Shown here one piece after another: positions 59,090 through 64,000 of a stretch of 64,000 nucleotides of DNA. Position numbers and translations under genes: made by a program. The DNA is taken from the NCBI GenBank assembly GCA_965368975.1, contig CBDUPA010000016.1, positions 64,001 to 128,000 on the forward strand. Direction: 5' to 3'. Numbering within the stretch: the first letter of the stretch is position 1; the number at the start of each line of letters is the position of its first letter. This stretch comes from an uncultured bacterium (GTDB lineage: Bacteria > Acidobacteriota > Thermoanaerobaculia > Multivoradales > JAHZIX01). The notes under the pieces are model-generated. The model saw nothing but the letters and a program-made list of their open reading frames with translations, had not been told where the DNA came from and made no database searches.

Positions 59090-60820
59090 TCAGCGTAGTT
59101 GCCAGACCGCGCTGGCGCCTGCCGGCAGGTGCACCATCCAGGCGCCGCTCTGGCCAGTGGCGCTGACGCCGCCGTCCGGGTGCCCAGCCTCGGGTAGGTA
59201 GTCGTAGGTGTGGAACACCAGGTTGAGTGCCGAGGCCCCGAGGTCGAGCGGTCCTTCGTGCGCCTTCACCGCGCTCAAGTTGTGAGCCACCAGCAGCCGC
59301 TGGTCACCGTGTGTACGTAGGAAGATCAGGGCTTCCGACGCGCGCCCGGGATCGGTCAGCAGTTGCAGCTCGCCCTGCTGCAGCGCTGGCCAACTGTGGC
59401 GCAGGTGAATCAGGCGTCGGTGGTAGCCGAGCAGAGAGCCGAGGTCGTCGGTCTGTGCCGCGACGTTGGCTTCGGCACGGCCGGGGGCGAAGGCGTGCCA
59501 CGGACGGCCGGTGGTGAAGCCTCCACCGCGGTTGCCGTCCCAGGCCATCGGCGTGCGGGTGTCCGGATCGCCCTCGCCGGTGACGCCGTCGTGCATGCCG
59601 AGCTCCTGGCCGTAGTAGAGAAAGGGGGTTCCCGGCAAGGTCAGCAAGATGGCGGCCGCTACTTGCAGCTTGGCTGTGTCGTCGCCCAATCGACGGGCCA
59701 GGCGCGCCCGATCGTGATGGCTCAGGAAGGTGCCGGACAGCACGCCCGCGGGATAGTAGGTGCGGATCTCGTGCAGCGTCTGCGCGATGGGCCGCGGGTC
59801 ACCCTGCCAGACGGAACTGCCCACCGCGTCGGCGAGCGGGAAGTCGAGATGCATCGGTAGCGCGTAGCCGCGCGTGACGCCCGAGGTGTCGCCGTAGTAG
59901 GTGGCGATGACCGGGGTCGAGGCCGGGGTCTCGCCGAGCAGCAGCGCGTCGGGGTGGTAGCTGCGGATTTCGGTGGAGAAGTCGCGCCAGAAGGCGTAGG
60001 TCTGCGGACGGTCGTTCTGTAGCGCCGCCGGGCCGCTGGCATGGATGTGCCGTGTCGCGGCCAGTCGCAGACCGTCGACGCCGCGATCGAGCCAGGTGCG
60101 TGCCAGTCGCTTGACCTCGGCGCGCGCGCCGGAGCTGTCGAAGTTGAGGTCCGGCATGCCGGCGCCGAAGAGGCCGTAGTAGTACGCACCGTTCGCCGCG
60201 TGCCAGGTGCTGCCGTTCTGCGCGCCCCAGGGCTGTTTCCAGCCCGGGTCGTCGTCGCGCCAGACGTACCAGTCGCGGTGCTCGGCCTCGGCACCGCTGG
60301 CACTGTCGACGAACCACGGATGCCGCCTGGAGGTGTGATTGATCGAGAAGTCGAGCACCACCTTGATGCCCCGCTCGTGCGCGGCGTCCAGGAAGTGCTG
60401 GAAATCTTCCATCGTGCCGTAGTCCGGATCGATGGCTTCGTAGTCGATGGTGTCGTTGCCATGGGAACTCGCCGCCTCGAAGATCGGCATCAGGTACAGA
60501 CCCTCGACGCCCAGGTCGGCGTCGGTTTCCGGGTCGCCATCGTTGAGGTAGTCGAGCTTGGCGATCAGGCCGTTGAAGTCGCCGATGCCATCGCCGTCCG
60601 AGTCGGCGAAGCTGCGCACGAAGACCTGGTAAAAGACGATGCCCTCGGCCCAGTCGAGGTCCCATTGGGGGATGTCGGGGTCGATGGCGGGCGCCGTCGT
60701 GGTGGCCTCTGGAGCCGGCGGCGTGCAAGCGCCCTGCAGCAGCAGGACGAGGGCGGCGCAGGTCAGCCTGGCGCCGGAAAGCAGCGTGCCGGTGCGGGAC
60801 ATCGACGTGGGTGCACCCAT
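59090..60820 (-). CDS. GH13 alpha-amylase family lipoprotein, catalytic nucleophile substituted
   Basis: YQVFVRSFADSDGDGIGDFNG, NHTS, MPDLN, DGLRLAA, GE, FLSHHD, PGTPFLYYGQELG. LQGAC lipobox; ATG 60820 after an AGGAG SD. Confidence 0.88.
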   Translation of the reverse strand: MGAPTSMSRTGTLLSGARLTCAALVLLLQGACTPPAPEATTTAPAIDPDIPQWDLDWAEGIVFYQVFVRSFADSDGDGIGDFNGLIAKLDYLNDGDPETDADLGVEGLYLMPIFEAASSHGNDTIDYEAIDPDYGTMEDFQHFLDAAHERGIKVVLDFSINHTSRRHPWFVDSASGAEAEHRDWYVWRDDDPGWKQPWGAQNGSTWHAANGAYYYGLFGAGMPDLNFDSSGARAEVKRLARTWLDRGVDGLRLAATRHIHASGPAALQNDRPQTYAFWRDFSTEIRSYHPDALLLGETPASTPVIATYYGDTSGVTRGYALPMHLDFPLADAVGSSVWQGDPRPIAQTLHEIRTYYPAGVLSGTFLSHHDRARLARRLGDDTAKLQVAAAILLTLPGTPFLYYGQELGMHDGVTGEGDPDTRTPMAWDGNRGGGFTTGRPWHAFAPGRAEANVAAQTDDLGSLLGYHRRLIHLRHSWPALQQGELQLLTDPGRASEALIFLRTHGDQRLLVAHNLSAVKAHEGPLDLGASALNLVFHTYDYLPEAGHPDGGVSATGQSGAWMVHLPAGASAVWQLR

Positions 60821-61137
60821 GGGACTCTCCTTCCTATTGAAGTATGGCAAAGAGCCTAGCACACGGCGGAAGGCCCGTGGCGTAAGGCCGGAGGCCGGGT
60901 AGGGGGTTGTGGTCGAGGGGGACAGCTGGTTGGCATTCCTCTGGGGGGGAGATACAATATCGTGGAGTTGTGTCGTGGCGCACGTGACAACGATTTATTT
61001 ATGTTGTTCTGAATTTCCTGAGGAGCGAGTCCCCCTGACTGCCTGCGGTTGCCACCGGCTTGGTGCTGAAGACCGTGGTGCTTCCGGTTCTCGATTCCCC
61101 TGCAAAACCTAGTCCGCGTAGACGCGTGAGGCGGGCA

Positions 61138-64000
<2,863 letters not shown>

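Overview
A GC-rich bacterial window (roughly 70% GC by eye). The ADOP-type permease and large NRPS/PKS genes suggest Acidobacteriota; this is an inference. From left to right it contains: (1) a minus-strand hybrid PKS-NRPS cluster made of a stand-alone AT, a PKS with degenerate AT and KR, a KS-AT-ACP-luciferase-like monooxygenase fusion and an NRPS running off the left edge; (2) an SLT, a YVTN beta-propeller, two tandem patatins, menE, mscS and a truncated globin; (3) the main finding, a complete diversity-generating retroelement (avd, TR, RT) flanked on both sides by paralogous ~1070-aa NACHT NTPase / FGE-type C-type-lectin target genes, each with an adenine-mutated VR and the same downstream hairpin, next to a DUF4160/DUF2442 pair; (4) a menaquinone/isoprenoid operon without menC; (5) a DUF3800 gene with a structured leader, peptidases, a membrane-anchored STAND NTPase-LRR protein, an ADOP permease, a DUF4157 putative effector, a GH13 lacking its catalytic nucleophile and the start of a FAAL-initiated NRPS. 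GTAG-type REP palindromes recur, twice inserted in frame inside enzyme genes. All alignments and counts were done by hand and no database searches were run.
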